A stretch of DNA of 64,000 nt from the human T2T-CHM13v2.0 reference genome, Homo sapiens (GCF_009914755.1 NC_060927.1), one strand, 5' to 3'; shown: positions 13,571 to 29,488, counted from the stretch's first letter. Made by a program: numbers and translations. The notes: generated by a model not told the origin, from the sequence alone.

Positions 13571-14753
13571 AAGTGAATTTTTTCATTCACATATGTCATG
13601 CCTATGAGGTCATGCTTTCTTGGATACAAATTTGTACAAGATATGAATTAATTTTTGAACATCCTTTCTTAAAAGTACCATGTTCATGTAGTTGCTCATT
13701 TTAATATGAGTAGTTCAGATGGGACATAATATACTAGGGAGATGATTGAACATCCTAAGTTCTAGTGTATATACCTTTGTTCATTACGAGATTCATCCCC
13801 TGTCCCCCTTTGTAGTGACATTGATGGCATAAGGGAGTAGTAGATGAAATTTAATGCAGAAAAACATGGAGATATATGAATGGTAGATATGGTTGACAAC
13901 CACCATTTTCATTGAAGTTGTTTCAAAGCAAATAAATTTGGTATAAATTCATTTTATTTGCTCCTGAAGGGTAATTAAGAATAGGTAGGAATTGTGAAGA
14001 GACTATAGTGTTGACATTAAGAGAAGTTTTTGATTCTTAAAATAGGATATATTACACAAGAGTGAACAAACAGAAGATACTGAACAAATATTCTGTCATA
14101 AGTAAGTGATGGATTATTCGGACTTGTTGAACTATGTTTTTAAATGTATTATTTAAACATTTAAATATTATTAAAACCTTAAATAATATTTAAATATTAT
14201 AAAAGTTATAGAAAATTATGTTTACAATACAAATATACACTTATAAGCTATATTGTAGATATGGGAGTAAACAATGCAATTTTTTTTTTACTGAGTGAAA
14301 AATGTAGTTTTTTAAAATTCTAAATGGAGCTAACAGCTTAGTGTGATATATATTTTGAATTTCAAAATTTGCAACCAAATAGGACAAATATGTTGAACTG
14401 TACTTTTCTTGAAGAACTGTGATAAGAATGAGCAGTGAAAAAATTACAGCTTCTCAGCGATCAAATACTTGCTTAGGGTTTAATAAGAAAAATCTCAGTG
14501 AATGCTGGAAGTGATGTACACGATCTATTACAGACCCATGATTAAAATGGTATCTTGTTAGCTATATGAGCTTGAAAACAAATGGTATAGCTTCTCTTTA
14601 CCTCAGTTGCTTCTTGTGTAAAATGGGGAGACTAAGAGCATGTAACTCAAAATTCTTTGTTAATGATTTGCTTCTTAGAACAGTGCCAGGTCCAATTAGG
14701 ATTAGATTGCTATTTTTATTATTGATATTTGCCCTAGTTCTGCCTTTTATTGA

Positions 14754-15098
<345 letters not shown>

Positions 15099-16156
15099 GA
15101 AGCCTTGTTTCTTATCTACAAGCTGGGAATAGAATGCCTGCTATGAAGAGTGGTTGTTAGTACATTAAAAAGGCTGGATATTTGTTTACAAGGGCCTCAG
15201 CACATGGTAGAAATTTGATAGTATTTTTTTCTTGTCCTCCCATATATTACTATGGAGATATCCCACATATTATGTCCAAGTTTTTATTTTCCCCTCAAAT
15301 GCAATGTCAGTCTTGCACAAAACATTCCCATCTCCTAATTCTCTTCTAATGTTCTGTAATCATTAAAGTATAGAAAACTAGAATGAGTATTTTTATAACT
15401 TTTGCTGTACTCAAGCATGTGGAGAGAAGAGTGCTAGATCACAGGACAAAGTTTGATGAGAGAAGGGAAATATTTACACCACAAACAACTTTCTCCTCCC
15501 CATGCTTAACAGTTTTATGCTGTCATTCTGTCAGCACTGAGTGAGATTTTTTGATTTAAATAGTTTTCTATTTGTGGTATGACAATTCATGTATGGACTT
15601 CATGTAATTAACATAAATATAATGGAGGGTTGAGAAGTGGTTTATTTTTACCAAGAGGAAAAATTTGTACACAATTTTTTAAAATACTGCTTTGAGAATC
15701 TTTAAAATTAATTTTGATTCAGTTGGTGGAAGATAGCATCACAAACTCACTGCTGGTGGTATTCTTGAGAAGTAATGTTTGAATTTTCTAGGTATTGTCC
15801 CCAGACTGGCTTAAAAGAATTTAATTTTAGATGTAAATTTTCTGCTTAACATGGAAGATTTTTCCATGAAAATATTAGCTCCATCAGATACACGGTTGCT
15901 TACGTGTAGCTGCGTGGAATTATGGGAAGGGTGAAATAGAAAAAAATTTCATCTCTAAGTTATACATACTGGTATAATCATATTGATTGGATGATAGTGA
16001 TAATTACAGCAATAATATGATTGAAAGGGTAAGCAAGTAACATATAATACAGTTACTAATATAATCCTGTGATTGAGTTTACCACTTCATTTCTCTTTTC
16101 TGGAATCCCTTAAGTTTGTCACTATTGCACTTTATTTCCTTTGCTTATTGTAGTGG

Positions 16157-16653
16157 TGTATTAGTTGTATTACTGCTGCTATAACAAATTACCACACATT
16201 TAAATAACTTAAAATAACACATATTTATTGTCTTACAGTTTCAAAGGTCAGAAGTCCAAAATCACTTTAATTAGGCTAAGTCACTGTGTCTGCAGTGTTG
16301 GTTCCTTCTGGAGGTGCTGAGGGGAGAATCCATTCTCTTGCCTTTTTCTGCTTCTGGTGGCACCTGTATTCATTGTCTTTTACCCATTCCTCCATTTTCA
16401 AGGTGCATTGCTTTTATTTCTGTTCCTTTCTCCGCATTGTCTCCTCCTTTAACTTTGAGTCCTTCTCTCTACTTCATCTAAGGACTCCTGTGATTACTTT
16501 GGACTCACATGGATGACGTGGGATAATCACCTTGTCTCAAGATCCTTAACTTAATCATATCTACAAGTCCCTTTGGCTATGTAAGGCAGCACATTCCCAG
16601 GGCCTGGAGATTAGGCCAAGAACATCTTTTGGGACTATTATGCAGCCTATCAT
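16157..16653 (-). mobile_element. MaLR solo LTR (MLT1D/E-like)
   Basis: tgtattagtt...gctataacaaattaccac...aggtcagaagtcc...ggggagaatcc...tcaagatccttaacttaatca...cagcctatca. Confidence 0.8.
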
Positions 16654-19600
16654 AAGTGGTAATAATATTTTTGTGCCTTGAGAACCTGAAATTAATGTGC
16701 TTGCTTACGCATGGAAAAATAATGTATCTGTGGGGGTAACAATTTATTTTTGAACCATTAGAAGGTATTGATGGGGAAGTTTTCATCTGACTGATAACAG
16801 CTACTGATAAATTAAATACCCTTAGATTTGTCAAATCTAGCTCTAGTAAAATGTAAGTAAAAGTATTTGCACTGCTGGGGTCAAAAATATTAATTAAACT
16901 CATTATTTATCAAGGCCAACTCCTGGATTACTTAGGTTTAAATTAACATAGAACGTTATCTTCCATATTGCTTATTTGTGAAGCTTAGTTCTTGTTTACA
17001 AAATCTCATCCCTATAAGAAAGCACAGAAAGGTTGGTGTTTTTTTAACCTTTGCAGAATATAAATTTTCAAAGGGATGTTAGACAGTAGTTCCATAATAA
17101 TTGATGCAGTTCACAAACATTCGTTGTGAATATTTTATCTCATGAGTTATATCTATGATACTAATCATAGACTTCTAGAAGAAATTTAATGGTCATGTCA
17201 GCCTTTGAAATCTTTCTGTAACCTAGAAGAGGATCATTGCATAAGATAGATTCGTTTTCCCCTTTATTCCATTGTTGCCAGAGAGAACTTGAAATGCCCT
17301 GTTCAAATTAATTTAATGCAAATGAATTCTTGCTGCCTCACAAGTAGTTTTTCCTTCATTTTTCTTAAAATTATATTGTAAATGGATGTGACATGCTTTA
17401 CTGGTTATTGTGCAGGGAGCATTGTCCTTCCTAAAAGCTCCCTCATTTGTCAAAATGAAGCCATTAAGAGTAAAGTAAATTATATTATCTGACCATAGTA
17501 TCACAATTGACCTTAAAACAATAAATTTTATAATCAGTGCAAATTGCTGAACAGTGTTTACAGTTGTAGAAATTTCAAAGGAAACCCTGGTTGAGATACA
17601 AAGCTGCTATAATCATTTTTAAAATCTTTGTTTTTCTTTTACTTTGAAACAGTAGTGCAGTAAGTACTTTTGCCTTATTGCTCTCTGCCTTCCAGAAACC
17701 CTCATTCAAATATTCTAAGTTTTTAAGTCTTTTTCATTTCTTTTAATATTGTAACATTTAACAATGTCGAAGAAAGTATAATTTTTCTGGAGATCAAGCT
17801 AAAAATAAAGAGAAGTTGATGCAAATGAACATCAAATTAACAAGATTGATTATGAAAAGTAATTTTTGAAAAGGACCCAAAATCCCTTTGCACATAAATG
17901 CAAAAGAATTTAGTGAAAGGTGAAATTGGAGTAAAGAACTCTACGGATGCGTAAGTAACTCTTAATGAGAATGAGTAACGTACATGCATATTTTTAGCTC
18001 CCAGTTTCAGAGATACAGTAGTTGTACAACAAATGGTCCTTTCCTGCTGTTAAGGAAGCCTCTTCTCCTCCAGCCATGCTATTCCTCAGAGCAAGCACTT
18101 CCACCGAGTTTTCAGCAACCATAAGTAAGAAGGATGGTATGATAGGCTGCGTGTACATGTGGCCCTCATTAGCAGGCCAGCTGTTCCTTTTGCCCACCCA
18201 CATCACTGGGGACATATGGCATTACTTTGACTGTGGAAACAAGTGTGTGTGGACATATCTTGGTATGAGTATAAGACTGTTGATTGTCTTTCTCTTGTCG
18301 CTTGTGCAACCAACTGTCTCCTTGTGGAAATCATATTATCCATAACACTAGATTTGAGGATGATAAATGATGTTGTTACTATTTACTGAATTTGCCTCTC
18401 TAGTTTGATCACAAAACCAGTGAATGTTTGCTTATGGAACATGTAAAGCTTATAGAAGATAGAAAGCTTACAGAAAGAAATGATGGCTTTTCTAAGCATA
18501 AGAGTCAGGTCTTTTTCAATCAAAGACTAACTCATTCAAAAATTCAAGAATTATGTAAAACCAGAACAGCAGAGGGTTCAGAAATGCTATTGAGATCATT
18601 TATTATAAAATAGCCGTTAATGAAATGTAATAGTGAGTCTGTTGTTGTTAGTTGTGACTATATGGAGAAATTAATGAGAAAATATAAGATAGGCTGGAAT
18701 GAAGAGAGTCATCTGATCCCAGCATAATTCATTTTATATAGTTCACAGTATTGTAACTTTAAAAAAATTACTAATTTTTTCAATACTGTGAATTCTGAAT
18801 TTGCAATATGAGGCTTTTCAATACTTGCAACAAGTGTGTATTTTTCAGTGGTGGCTCTAGAATTACATAGCGGGGCTTTCGAGCTGCATTCTGATAAGAA
18901 GGCAAGGCTAGAGGACTCATGTTGAGGTGGCATTTGCATAGGACTTGATTTAGATAACATACATCAATGGTGTAGAGAGAAGAGTGGGTGATGTTGCTGA
19001 AGATTATAGGGGAGATAATAAAACTGAAAGGCACCTTTTGCTACCTCTGCTGGCCTATTTGTATATTCAGCTGTGTAGCATATTTCTTGTATAATTACAT
19101 AGTAATTTCACACACTACATTAAGAAAATCTGAACAATTTTTACTAAACTCACGTTTTCTAAATATTAAGTAAATAAAACCAATATTTGGATAGGTAACA
19201 CTTATAAAAACAGTATTTCTAGATAGATATAGATGATAATTTTTCATCTTTATCTATAGAGCTGATAAATTTTCAAAACCCTTTGAATATCACTTGTACT
19301 ACAAAGTCTCATTTCAGTTTCAGTGCCATGGCACATTGATTAATCACCACTAAAGCGGTACATGAAATATTTGGCAATATAGGTATCAAGATATTTGGTA
19401 ATGGTGATTGATGCACAGAATACAGCACATTATTGTTATGCACTGGCCTTGAGAACTTTAGTTTTCATCTTCGTTCACCTTGGTAGAGAACAAACTAATA
19501 GCTTTTTTCTTTCACCTTGCTGGAGAACAAACTAACAACTTCAAGTTATCTGATCCATCAAAAAATTTATTTCCTTGAAACTCACTGATTTATTTATTTA

Positions 19601-20277
19601 TTATTTCGGGGGGATCACTATTATTTGCTGTAGTAAAATATCAAATGATCAATGTATTATACCAACATGGCAGCTCACATGGTAGGCAACAGAATGAAAA
19701 TAAACAGATTTACTACCAAGAATTATACTATATTGCTTTTATTGACAGAACAAGCATACAGATAATTTTATTCAGAGATTTTATGTGAATTATTTTTGAT
19801 AAGTGTACACATATATTTATAACTGACCTTTCTTTGTCAAGTGTGTGCCTACACACGTATTCATACTAAATCAATCTTAGAGATCTTACCCAAAGATTGA
19901 ATTTCTTAAAGCGACTGTTCCAAATATGTATAATTTATGGCAAAAAAAAGTCACAAAATGGCAATATAAAGAGGCATAAAAATGAAGATAAAGGGGGAGA
20001 TAATGGTTAAAAACACCTGTAAATGAATAATTGATTTTGATTTAAATTCTCTTTAGTTCTTAGCTGATGAAATGAATATAAATGAAATTATTATGCAAAA
20101 CACCTCTATTTGTTGTATATGCATGTACATATATATGTTACAAATACAAAACTGATGGGATATTATTTAACATATATTCACACTCATAATGTACATATAT
20201 GTACATAATGAAAATGAGTGCATGTTTTCTATATATATATACACACACACATACACATATTGCGTACTTTCATTTTT

Positions 20278-23200
20278 TAAAATTTTACTGTAAGTTCTGG
20301 GATACATGTGCTGAACATGCAGGTTTATTACATAGGTATACATGTACCATGGTAATTTGCTGCACCTATCAACCCGTTATCTAGGTTTTAAGCTCCACAC
20401 GCATTAGCTATTTGTCCTAATGCTCTCCCTCCTCTTTTCCCCCACCCACCGACAGGCCCCAGTGTGTGATGTTCCCCTCCCTGTGTCCACGTGTTCTCAT
20501 TGTTCAGCTCCCACTTATGAGTGAGAACACACAGTGTTTGGTTTTCTGTTCCTGTGTTAGTTTGCTGAGGATGATGGTTCCAGCTTCATCCATGTCCCTG
20601 CAAAGGACATGAACTCATCGTTTTTTATGGCTGCATAGTATTCCATGGTGAATATATGACACATTTTCTTCATCCGGTCTATCATTGATGGGCATTATGT
20701 TGGTTCCAAGTCTTTGCTATTGTAAATAGTGCCACAATAAACATACGTGTACATGTGTCTTTATAGCAGAATGATTTATAATCCTTTGGGTAGATACCCA
20801 GTAATGGGATTGCTGGGTCAAATGGTATTTCTGGTTCTATATCCTTGAGGAATCACCACATTGTCTTCCACAATGGTTGAACTATTTTACAAGGCCACCA
20901 GTGGTGTAAAAGTGTTCCTATTTCTCTGCATCTTCTCCAGCATCTGCTGTTTCCAGACTTTTTAATGATCACCATTCTAACTGGTGTGAGATGGTATGTC
21001 ATTGTGGTTTTGATTTGCATTTCTCTAATGACCAGTGATTATGAGCTTTTTTTCATGTGTTTATTGGCCACATACATGTCTTCTTTTGAGAAGTGTCTGT
21101 TCATATCCTTTGCCTACTTTTTGATGGGGTTGTTTTTTTCTTGTAAATTTGTTTAAGTTCCTTCTAGATTCTGGATATTAGACCTTTGTCAGATGGATAG
21201 ATTGTAAAAATTTTCTCATATTTTGTAGTTTGCCTGTTCACTCTGGTGATAGTTTATTTTACTGAGCAGAAGCTCTTTAGTTTAATTAGATTCCATCTGT
21301 CAATTTTGGCTGTTGTTTCCAGTGCTGTTGGTGTTTTAGTCACGAAGTCTTTGCCCACACCTGTGTCCTGAATCGTATTGCCTAGGTTTTCTTCTAGGGT
21401 TTTTATAGTTTTAGGTTTTACATTTATGTTTTTAATCCACTTTGAGTTAATTCTTTTATAAGGTGTAACGAAGGGGTCCAGTTTCTCTTTTCTGCATATG
21501 GCTAGCCAGTTTTCCCAGCGCCATGTATTAAATAGGGAATCCTTTCCCCATTGCTTGCTTTTGTCAGGTTTGTTGAAGATCAGATGGTTGTAGCTGTGTG
21601 GTGTTATTTCTGAGGCCTCTGTTCTGTTTCATTGGTCTATATATCTGTTTTGGTATTAGCACCATGCTGTTTTGGTTACTGTAGTTTGTAATATAGTTTG
21701 AAGTCAGGCAGCGTCATGCCTCCAGCTTTGTTCTTTTTGCTTAGGCTAGTTTTGGCTCCACAGGCTCTTTTTTGCTTCCATATGAAATTTAACATAGTTT
21801 TTTTCTAGTTCTGTGAAGAAAGTCAATGGTAGCTTGATGGGAATAGCATTGAACCTATAAATTACTTTGGGCAATATGGCCATTTTCATGATATTGAGTC
21901 TTCCTATCCATGAGGATGGAATGTTTCTCTATATGTTTGTGTCCTGTCATTTCCTTGAGCTCTGGTTTGTAGTTGTCCTTGAAGAGGTCCTTCACATCCC
22001 TCGTAGGTTGTATTCCTACGTATTTTGTTTTCTTTATAGCAGTTGTGAATGGGAGTTTACTAATGATTTGGCTCTCTGCTTGTCTGGTCTGTTATTGGTG
22101 TATAAGAATGATTGTGATTTTTGCACATTAATTTTATATCCTGAGACTTTGCCAAAGTTGTTTATCAGGTTAAGGAATTTTTGGGCTGAGGTGGTGGCGT
22201 TTTGTAAATATACAATCATGTCATCTGCAAACAGAGACAATTTGATTTCCTCTCTTCCTATTTGCATACCTTTTATTTCTTTCTCTTGCTTGATTGCCCT
22301 GGCCAGAACTTCCAATACTATGTTGAGTAAGAGTGGGGAGAGAGGTCATCCTTCTCTTGTGCCAGTTTTCAAAGGGAATGCTTCCAGCTTTTGGCCATTT
22401 AGCATGATATTAGCTATGCATTTGTCATAAATAGCTCTTATTATTTTGAGATATGTTCCATCAATACCTAGTTTATTGAGAGTTTTTAGTATGAGGGGTG
22501 TTGAATTTTATTGAAGGCCTTTTCTGAATCTATTGAGATAATCATGCAGTTTTTGTCATTGGTTCTGTTTATGTGATGGATTACATTTATTGATTTGCGT
22601 ATGTTGAACCAGCCTTGCATGCCAGGCATGAAGCCAACTTGATCGTGGTGGATAAGCTTTTTGATGTGCTGCTGGATTCGCTTGCCAGTATTTTATTCAG
22701 GATTTTTGCATCGATGTTCGTCAGTGATATTGGCCTGAAATTTTCTTTTTTTATTGGGTCTTTGCCAGGTTTTGGAATCAGAATGATGCTGGCCTCATAA
22801 AATGAGTTAGGGAGGAGTCCCTCTTTTTCTATTGTTCAGAATAGTTTCAGAAGGAATGGTACCAGCTCCTCTTTGTACCTCTCGTAGAACTTGGCTGTGA
22901 ATACATCTGGTCCTGGGCTTTTTTTGGTTGGTAGGCTAGTAATTACTGACTCAATTTCAGAACTTGTTATTGGTCTATTCAGGGATTTGACTTCTTCCTG
23001 GTTTAGTCTTGGGAGGCTGTATGTGTCCAGGAATTTATCCATTTCCTCTAGATTTTCTAGTTTATTTGTGTAGAGGTGTTTACAGTATTCTCTGATAATA
23101 GTTTGTATTTCTGTGGCATCAGTGGTGATATCCCCTTTATCATTTTTTAATGTGTCTATTTGATTTTTCTCTCTTTTCTTCCTTATTAGTCTGGCTACCG

Positions 23201-24564
23201 GTCTATCTATTTTGTTAATCTTTTCAAAAAACCCACTCCTAGATTCATTGATTTTTTGAAGGTTTTTTCGTGTTTCTCTCCCATTCAGTTCTGCTGTGAT
23301 CTTAGTTATTTCTTGTCTTATGCTAGGTTTTGAATGTGTTTGCCATTGCTTCTTTTGATTGCGATGTTAGGGTGTCTATTTTAGATCTTTCCCACTTTCT
23401 GATATGGGCATTTAATGCTATAAATTTCCCTCTAAACACTGTTTTACCTGTGTCCCAGATATTCTGGTATGTTGTGTCTTTGTTCTCATTGGTTTCAAAG
23501 AACTTATTTATTTCTGCCTTAATTTTGCTATTTACCCAGTAGTCAGTCAGAAGCAGGTTGTTCAGTTTCCATGTAGTTGTGCAGTTTTGAGTGAGTTTCT
23601 TAATTCTGAGTTCTAATTTGATTACACTTTGGTTTGAGAGATTGTTTGTTATGATTTTCATTCTTTTGCATTTGCTGAGGAGTGTTTTACTTCCAATTAT
23701 GTGGTTGATTTTAGAATAAGTGCTATGTGGTGCTGAGAAGAATGTATCTTCTGTTGATTTGGGGTGGAGAGTTCTGTAGATATCTATTAGGTCCGCTTGG
23801 ACCAGAGCTGAGTTCAAGTCTGAATATCCTTGTTAATTTCCTGTCCTGTTGATCTGTCTAATATTGATAGTGGGTTGTTAAAGTTTCCCACTATTATTGT
23901 GTGGGAGTCTAAGTCTCCTTGTAGGTCTCTAAGAACTCATTTTATGAATCCTGGTGCTCCTGTATTTGGTGCATATATATTTAGGATAGTTAGCTCTTCT
24001 TGTTGCATTGATCCCTTTACTACTACGTAATGCCCTTTGTCCTTTTTTATCTTTGTTGGTTCAAAGTCTGTTTTATTAGAGACTAGGATTGAAACCCCTG
24101 CTTTTTTTTTTCTTTCTTTCCATTTGCTTGGTAAATATTCCTTCATCCCTTTATTTTGAGCCTATGTGTGTCCTTGCAAGTGAGATGGGTCTCCTGAATA
24201 CAGCACACCTCTGGATATTGACTCTTTATCCAATTTTCCAGTCTATGTCTTTTAATTGGGGCATTTAGCCCATGTATATTTATGGTTAATATTATTATGT
24301 GTGAATTTGATCCTGTGATCATGATGCTAGCTGGTTATTTTGCACATTAGTTGAAGCAGTTTCTTCCTAGTTTCATTGGTTTTTATATTTTGGTGTGTTT
24401 TTGCAGTGGCTGGTACTGGTTTTTCCTTTCCATATTTAGTGCTTCCTTTAGGAGCTCTTATAAGGCAGGACTGATGGTGACTAAATCTCTCAGCATCTGC
24501 TTGTCTGTAAAGGATTTTATTTCTCATTCATTTATGAAGCTTAGTTTGGCTGGTTATGAAATTC
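20278..24564 (-). mobile_element. 5'-truncated L1PA (L1PA7/8-like), ~4.3 kb, decayed ORF2 and end of ORF1
   Basis: L1 3' UTR at left (taagttctgggatacatgtg...). Minus-strand frames show the RT motif [12 protein letters not shown] (22034-22315) and the endonuclease segment [13 protein letters not shown]...[11 protein letters not shown] (23323-23817). Multiple stops and frameshifts. Confidence 0.96.
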
Positions 24565-25349
24565 CGTATGTACATCATGAAAACAAGTGCATGTGATATA
24601 CATACACACACACACACATTGCATACTTTCATTTTTATGTCCATTACTTTTCTGATTTCATCAGCAGCTAACTAAAGAAAATAGAAAAAAAAATTGGTAA
24701 TTTGATCTTTCGTGTTCTGCATCTTCCAGCTTCACACACAGTTTTCTATTTGTATTGTTATTGTTCTATTTTTATTGATCAGAATGAAAAAATATGCTAT
24801 AGAATCAGAATCAGGTCAGAATCAACAAATATACTATAATGTTTGTAATGCTTTCAATGCAGTTTGTCTCTGCAAAGGGTGTGTGTGTTTCTATGCAGAT
24901 GTGCATGTACACAAGTGTGTAAATAATGTTTTATTCATGATGGAGAAAGATTTGTCAAAATTATTCTGAATGAGGTAGCACCACTACAGCAGATAATTAG
25001 GTATCTAGCAATAAAACAAATCATTAAACATGTTTCTAAGCATCTACTCAGTATCTGGCACAATGTTAAGTAGTAGAAATATAATCGTAAGCAAAATTCA
25101 GCTTCTACCCTCAATGGTATATGTGTAGAACAAATTGGTAAAGCTGGAGTACATTTCAGAACCAAAAACAGTTTCTGTATAGTTCCCACTTCATCAAGAC
25201 CATGTTTTATACTACTCAGACCCTGAAGCCATAAGGAAGCAATTCTTCCATCCACCCTTTTACAGGGTAGTGGTGGGGAAGAAGAACTGACTGTCATGCT
25301 TGAATTCGCATAATTTCATAATTAAATAATTTCATGTTACATAATCTCA

Positions 25350-25900
25350 ATAAACCTAAAATCCAATATATGATAAAGATAGTGTTTCAAATCAGTGGGT
25401 AAGTGATAAACGGTTCATAAAATGGTGTTCAGATAATTGGCTATATGTATTTTATAGTTGCACAAAGGTATACTATGTCATTCATAAATACTAATTCCAG
25501 AGTGGATGTCAAATACACTTTTTCAGAATATAAAGAAAAAATACCATAGACAAATATCACTTGCAACATTACGGTTAAAACTAAATATCTAAACGTAGCC
25601 CTAACCAATAACAGAAAATTTTTTAAAAAATATTTATGGATTGGAATTTGTTAAAATATAAAACTTTTCTATTTCAGAGGATACCATGAATATGTGTAAA
25701 AAGCAAATATCTAATCAGCAGCAAGTGTTTGCAATTCACTTGACATATTTAAAATATGAGTAGTTCCAACAAATCATAAATAAATGATTAGTAGTCCAAT
25801 AAAAAAAGACAAAGTACATTGACAGGAAACTGTATGAAACTCATGAACACTAAATGTATTAGATTCCCTATTGTTAAACAAAATGCAAAAACAATAGAGA
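25350..25900 (+). mobile_element. Old L1M (L1ME-like) fragment
   Basis: tatgataaagatagtgtttcaaatcagtggg...aaatggtgttcagataattgg...aaacttttctatttcagaggatacca. Confidence 0.5.
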
Positions 25901-27376
25901 GCATTATTGATACGGAGTTAATATTTTAACAAAATTATATTATTAATTTTATCCATGTTATAAGTAAATATATACATCCAAAAACCCTTATTTTCTCTGA
26001 AAGTTGTCACTTATGAATCTATTTTGAAAATGTTTAAAGAATAGTAATTAACTTTAATAAATAGGTATTCGTATTGAGGGAAAACTGACATTTCCATAAT
26101 TTTTCTTCTGTTTCTAATATAGTAGATGGTAGGAAAATAATGACAAATGCATGTTCATACCTGGATAATATGCATTCCATTAGTTCTTTTAAACTTTTGC
26201 ATTCTCAAAACTATACTGATACCTCAAAGCATACCCTTTGCTGTTGAAAGCAGCCTTTCAGGTATAAAGACACACACATCACTTTCCCTAAATCTTACAT
26301 AAGGCAAGGGCCTAGATGCCTATCAGAAAATATATTTCAAGAATGCTTTTTTAAGTAGTTCCTATGGCCTTATCTTATAGAGGAAGGTTTTTTTTTAAAA
26401 CATACACACAGTTTTTGATGCACATTTTTATTGGGAAGAGCTTTTATTTCCTTAAATGTTTTGTTGTTTAAGTGTGAAAAGTATCCTGCAGTGGAATTTA
26501 GTGGAACAGATGCTTTTATTGTGATAGATGAGATGAACTTGCTTCCCTAAGCATGCATGGGCATGAAATGCATCTGGCTTCTGTACATAAAAGTCAGTTA
26601 TGTTCCCAAATATGTTTCTGCATTTACACAGACGTTTAGGGGCAGACACCCTACTATTCCCTCAAAAGGCAGCTCTGCTTAATTATGAAGTTCAAGTTAG
26701 ACCAGAAGTTGGAAAATACTAAATTCCACATTGCAGACAGAGCCTGAGCAGGTGATGTCACCACTGCATACTAAGGTGGCAAGTCCTCAGAGAAGTCACT
26801 TATCACCTTACCATGGAGAAAAATAACTGTGTCCAGAACACAAGAGGATGCTGTAAAGTAGCGTACAATCAAGTGTGCAAGCCTGTGCAATACACACCAA
26901 ATGAAATCCAGTTCAGAGGAGGAAATAAGGGTAGGCTCGGGAAAACAAATAAATGAGTATATGCTTTAAAAAATAGGACTTAATATAAACAGTCATGAGA
27001 GTAAAGACTATTGCTAAGCACATAGGAAACACAAACCAGGCTTTCAGGAAGGAGTTTGCACATGTGTGCACTGGTAGGAGGTGTAATGTGCAGAAATCTG
27101 GCCTTTTGTGGCATAACAGCTAAAGTTCCTTTTCTATTGTCCAGATAACCTTAAATATCCCTTTATAAAGTAATATTTTAAAAAGGCCATCTACTGTGCA
27201 CAATGTGTTAGCATCAAGGACATGAAATTTATCTGGAATATACCAAAACTTTAATCAATAGACTAGGACCAAAGCTTTTAAAAATAGTTTTTTTTAGATA
27301 AATCATTATAATTTATTATTTCCTTGCCATAGGTAATGCATGATACATAACTTTACTTTTTTCTCAGTTACTTAGT

Positions 27377-27850
27377 GTGTAGGTAGAATAATGACCCTTA
27401 ATAGGATGACCTTTTGAATATGTTGTCAGGCAGCATGGGAGCATTGTGGTTGCAGGTGGAATTCAGATTGCTAATCACCTGACCTTAAAATGGAGAGATT
27501 ATCCTGAATTATCTAGGTGGGCCCACTGTAGTCACAAAGAACCTTCAAACAGGAAGGCCGAAAGACCAGAGTGAGTAGAGGAGCTTGGGGAGACTGGAGC
27601 CGAGGCTGAAGTGATGTGCTGTGTGGATGGAGGCAGAGGCCAAGAGCTCAGGGGTACATGTGGCCCCTCAAACCTGGTGAATTCTCCCCTGGAATCTCCT
27701 GACAAAATATAGACTTGATGATAACTCGATTTTAGCACACTAAGACCCATTTTGGACTTCTGACCCCCAGAAGTATAAAGACAAAAAATGTGTTGTTTTA
27801 AGCCTCTGAGTTTGTGTTAATTTATTATGAGCAGTAAGAAACACAGTAAG
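27377..27850 (+). mobile_element. MaLR solo LTR (MLT1D/E-like)
   Basis: tgtaggtagaataatgaccc...gaccttaaaatggagagattatcctg...ggtgggccc...ggacttctgacc...tgttgttttaagcc. Confidence 0.8.
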
Positions 27851-27926
27851 ACGGCTTTTATTTTTCTCTATTTGATGTATAGAGTTAAATTGGATATTCT
27901 AGGAATTATTGGGAATTTATTTTCTT

Positions 27927-28236
<310 letters not shown>

Positions 28237-28360
28237 GGGAATTTATTTTCTTCAGATAGTTCTTCATATTAGAATAATGAGAAACATCGAGTAATTAAGT
28301 GTTCTATTTTGTGAAGGATGATTATATAAACAGTATGAAGGTTAAAAAACGGGCGGGGCC

Positions 28361-28666
<306 letters not shown>

Positions 28667-29488
28667 AGGGGAGGGTGTCTTTTGAAGGCTACTAAAGTCA
28701 TCTAAGTGTCCTCTGATTATATGAGGCTGGGATGGTGCATGGAAGGTTGTGTTGAATAACCTGATACTCTTTCTGAAACTATAGAAGCGTTAGTAATTTT
28801 AGCCTGAGAGTGCTATAATCTGAGATAATTTGGTCCAATACTTCCAGGGAGGGTTGAAGTTTTGAGATAGCTTGAGTTATTTCAGTTGAAGACCAGAATA
28901 TGAGGCAACTGGATACTCAATTATAATTCAATTTCTACTCTTTATATTAGGTATGTATTTGCCAGCCACTTATGTGTGGGACATTATGTTAAAGGTAAGG
29001 CAGCCACAGTGTAGTGGTAGAAGCAGATGAAAAGTACTACAATAGTCATACAGATGAGGTACTGGGAAGAAGCAGAGTTGAAAAATTGGAGATAGTTGAT
29101 AGTTTTCCAGAGCCATAGGATTAAAACCAAGTAGGATTGCAAAAGACTCAATTCACTCAAGATGTCTAACTTGGTAATAGGTCAGAACACTAAATTTGTC
29201 ATATTTTCTTAAAAGTAAACAAAAATGTTCCTTTTGATAAACAACGTGTAGTGCACCTTCGGATTTGATTTTTCTTTATATTCTGTAAACTGCTCACAGT
29301 AAAACAGAAAAAAAATCTGACAAATATGATGGTCCTTAAATCTTGTAGGAGTATGATATTCCTCCAAAGAATAGAGGTTTTGCTAGGAAGGCCCTAAGCA
29401 AGGAATCAAATTTCCTTTTGCAAGAAATAAAATTCTCAAAAGTTCCCTGCACCTTGGGAAGGCTCTGGTTGAAATTAATAGCACAGCA

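Noticed and set aside
14159-14195. AT-only inverted repeat (14-bp stem)
   Set aside because: Low-complexity AT sequence, too short and weak to be a palindromic AT-rich repeat or an RNA gene.
19474-19540. Imperfect 37-bp-period duplication (ttcaccttg...gagaacaaactaa)
   Set aside because: Old, diverged two-copy slippage with no further structure.
21867-24596. ORFs with reverse transcriptase/endonuclease motifs
   Set aside because: They are fragments of a decayed, 5'-truncated L1 or its antisense frames, not an active element or new RT system.
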